From Dehalococcoidia bacterium (GTDB taxonomy: Bacteria > Chloroflexota > Dehalococcoidia > Lucifugimonadales > UBA3495), in the NCBI GenBank assembly GCA_965199995.1, contig OZ241328.1, positions 716,627 through 780,626 on the forward strand: a stretch of DNA of 64,000 nucleotides, given 5' to 3'. Positions 63,979 to 64,000 of the stretch are shown one piece after another. Position 1 is the first letter of the stretch; the number at the start of each line of letters is the position of its first letter. The position numbers and the translations under genes are program-made. The notes below the pieces were generated by a model that had not been told where the DNA came from, did no database searches, and saw only the letters and a program-made list of their open reading frames with translations.

Positions 63979-64000
63979 CGGAATGTGGCGGGATAATGCG

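Overview
GC-rich bacterial chromosomal segment. By inference only, the gene content fits a Chloroflexota/SAR202-like organism: split FO synthase cofG/cofH with cofD, cofC and a distant cofE; several LLM-type oxidoreductases; an archaeal-type FBP aldolase/phosphatase; a long Lhr helicase; a CoxMSL-like Mo-hydroxylase. I support about 50 protein genes, nearly all housekeeping or catabolic: folC, fabF, ruvB, fabI, aspS, glnA, hisH/hisA, dinB, panE, ggt, a peptide-type ABC importer, SDR/ThDP/CMD enzymes. Two tRNAs are present, Arg-TCG and His-GTG. I saw no rRNA, CRISPR array, transposase/integrase or complete recognisable defence system. The signal the core genes do not explain is as follows. (1) Three visibly AT-richer islets each hold a decayed accessory gene: PaREP1/HEPN-like near 8.2 kb, HARE-HTH-like near 26 kb, PD-(D/E)xK-like at 46-47.5 kb. 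(2) Two families of intergenic palindromic repeats occur: an ATTCCCGC-N4-GCGGGAAT hairpin, embedded in a MITE-like element of roughly 120-170 bp, and a GTCTGAATCAG-type inverted repeat. (3) Many short tandem duplications are present, including 27 bp x4 that rewrites the PanE C-terminus. (4) A 581-codon B12-binding radical SAM gene runs off the left edge and is absent from the supplied ORF track. (5) A sub-threshold 42-aa secreted-peptide ORF has its own SD and terminator. (6) Some gene pairings are unusual: MqnA-like with MTHFR-like, and DUF35 without a thiolase. I did not find a convincing novel multi-gene system. The best candidates are flagged with modest scores, and all family assignments are motif recognition by eye that needs HMM confirmation.
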